Source of the DNA: an uncultured Desulfosarcina sp.
Lineage (GTDB): Bacteria; Desulfobacterota; Desulfobacteria; Desulfobacterales; Desulfosarcinaceae
NCBI GenBank assembly: GCA_963674945.2
Contig: CAXXWQ010000003.1
Span: 608,001 to 672,000 of the forward strand
Direction: 5' to 3'
Length of the DNA: 64,000 nucleotides
Position numbers and translations under genes: made by a program. How positions within the stretch are numbered: position 1 is the stretch's first letter; the number at the start of each line of letters is the position of its first letter. Shown here piece after piece: positions 61,466 to 64,000 of this stretch. The notes under the pieces were generated by a model, which saw nothing but the letters and a program-made list of their open reading frames with translations, made no database searches and was not told the origin of the DNA.

Positions 61466-61617
61466 GGCCTATCAAAAAGCTATCCGCTAAAAAACTGCCT
61501 GTGGGACTGGCAAAAAAAGTATCCGGAGTTTGAGCTGAACGACGACTTTATGGCCCCTTTGCCGGACGATTTGATCGATGCCTTTTATGGGGGGCATGAA
61601 TGAATTTTCTGCTCGAT
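61466..61617 (+). pseudogene. Remnant of an antitoxin C-terminus plus the first codons of a VapC toxin
   Basis: ..GLAKK/YPEFELNDDFMAPLPDDLIDAFYG* with a frameshift in an A7 run; ATGA overlap with MNFLLD. Confidence 0.65.
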
Positions 61618-61657
61618 AGAAAAACATCACATAACGAAACTGGAACTGAGCGCTAAA

Positions 61658-63271
<1,614 letters not shown>

Positions 63272-63480
63272 CGCTGCTCTTTAACACCATGTTTTTAAAT
63301 AAAAAATCGACCGAATGGTGCGATTCGGCCATATCGCGGTGTTAAAGTTCTCACTTAAATTTTTCATTCCCTCACTTTCAATAATTAAATCAGAAAGATA
63401 ACTCAAATTGCGAACATCAAGGGAAAAGTATGTGCGCTTGAGGTTCGCAAACCCCAAAAACGATTGTTTCATTGGGTTGC

Positions 63481-63771
63481 TCAAACGATTAATGGCCCTT
63501 CCTGGTCAAAACTTTTTTTCGACCCCACATGCTCAATTCGCTTTCTCCAGTTGGCACCTAAAAAATAAAATCGCAGACTATCGGTGTCGGCCTCTATCTG
63601 GTCGATGAGTTTTTGCCGAAAAACGGTCCATTGTGCCGGATCAACGATGCATTCGAAAACCGAGTACTGCACTCGCTGCCCATAGTTCTTGCAAATTTTG
63701 GCCACCCTTCGTAGACGCCCAGGCCCACCCTCATCAACAGTGGAAACATCGTAACTCACCAATACCATCAT
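63481..63771 (-). CDS. cas2: CRISPR-associated endonuclease Cas2
   Basis: VLVSYDV, RLRRVAK.C..YGQRVQYSVFEC and DSLRFY motifs. Confidence 0.96.
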   Translation of the reverse strand: MMVLVSYDVSTVDEGGPGRLRRVAKICKNYGQRVQYSVFECIVDPAQWTVFRQKLIDQIEADTDSLRFYFLGANWRKRIEHVGSKKSFDQEGPLIV

Positions 63772-63775
63772 GGTT

Positions 63776-64000
63776 CTACCTCCAGACAAAGGGCGGATAT
63801 GCGTCCAAATCACCACGAAGATACCTTGCCAGAAGCAAGGCCTGCGTATTGAACAACAACCCTATGGTTACCCTCTCTTCTAAGAACGGATGAAAAATCT
63901 CATCCTGTTTTCGCTTCTGGTAAGTAGTCAAAACGGTTTTTCTTAGTTTGTCTCCCATCAGGACGGCACCGGTTTCCTGAATTACGAAATCCTTTTTGAC
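63776..64000 (-). CDS. cas1: Cas1 (type I-C), 3' end only
   Basis: GAV.M....RK.VL..YQKRK...HPFL.E....GLL...QALLLARYLRGDLDAYPPF.WR. Confidence 0.93.
   Translation of the reverse strand, partial: VKKDFVIQETGAVLMGDKLRKTVLTTYQKRKQDEIFHPFLEERVTIGLLFNTQALLLARYLRGDLDAYPPFVWR

Overview
A 64-kb chromosomal window from a GC-rich deltaproteobacterium, most likely a Desulfobacterales/Desulfosarcina-like sulfate reducer (inferred from gene content and repeat style). Left to right it holds: a response regulator, a GGDEF gene, kbl, a frameshifted tdh, purM and tsaD; a convergent MSHA/type IV-like pilus locus (ExeA-SPOR, TPR, MshEN-ATPase, platform protein, secretin, pilins, LamG adhesin) with near-consensus sigma-28 promoters and a four-helix-bundle gene bracketed by inverted heptamer arrays; a large PHP-like membrane protein, pgm, a glgC remnant and stress/redox genes; a ~21.6-kb cluster for an unusual lipid (2 ACP, 2 KS, FabG, 3 dehydratase-type domains, PPTase, PlsY, GT25, MMPL-methyltransferase, LolA and five radical SAM enzymes, two of them B12-binding); a VapBC pair; an IS4 element with IRs and a 10-bp TSD; thiM; rsgA with an apparent leader-peptide attenuator; and a type I-C CRISPR array (25 repeats) with cas2 and the 3' end of cas1. 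The strongest candidates for undescribed systems are the radical-SAM-rich lipid cluster, the family of inverted-heptamer cassettes, the sigma-28/c-di-GMP-wired pilus and the rsgA attenuator. All calls come from motif reading alone; no database searches were run.
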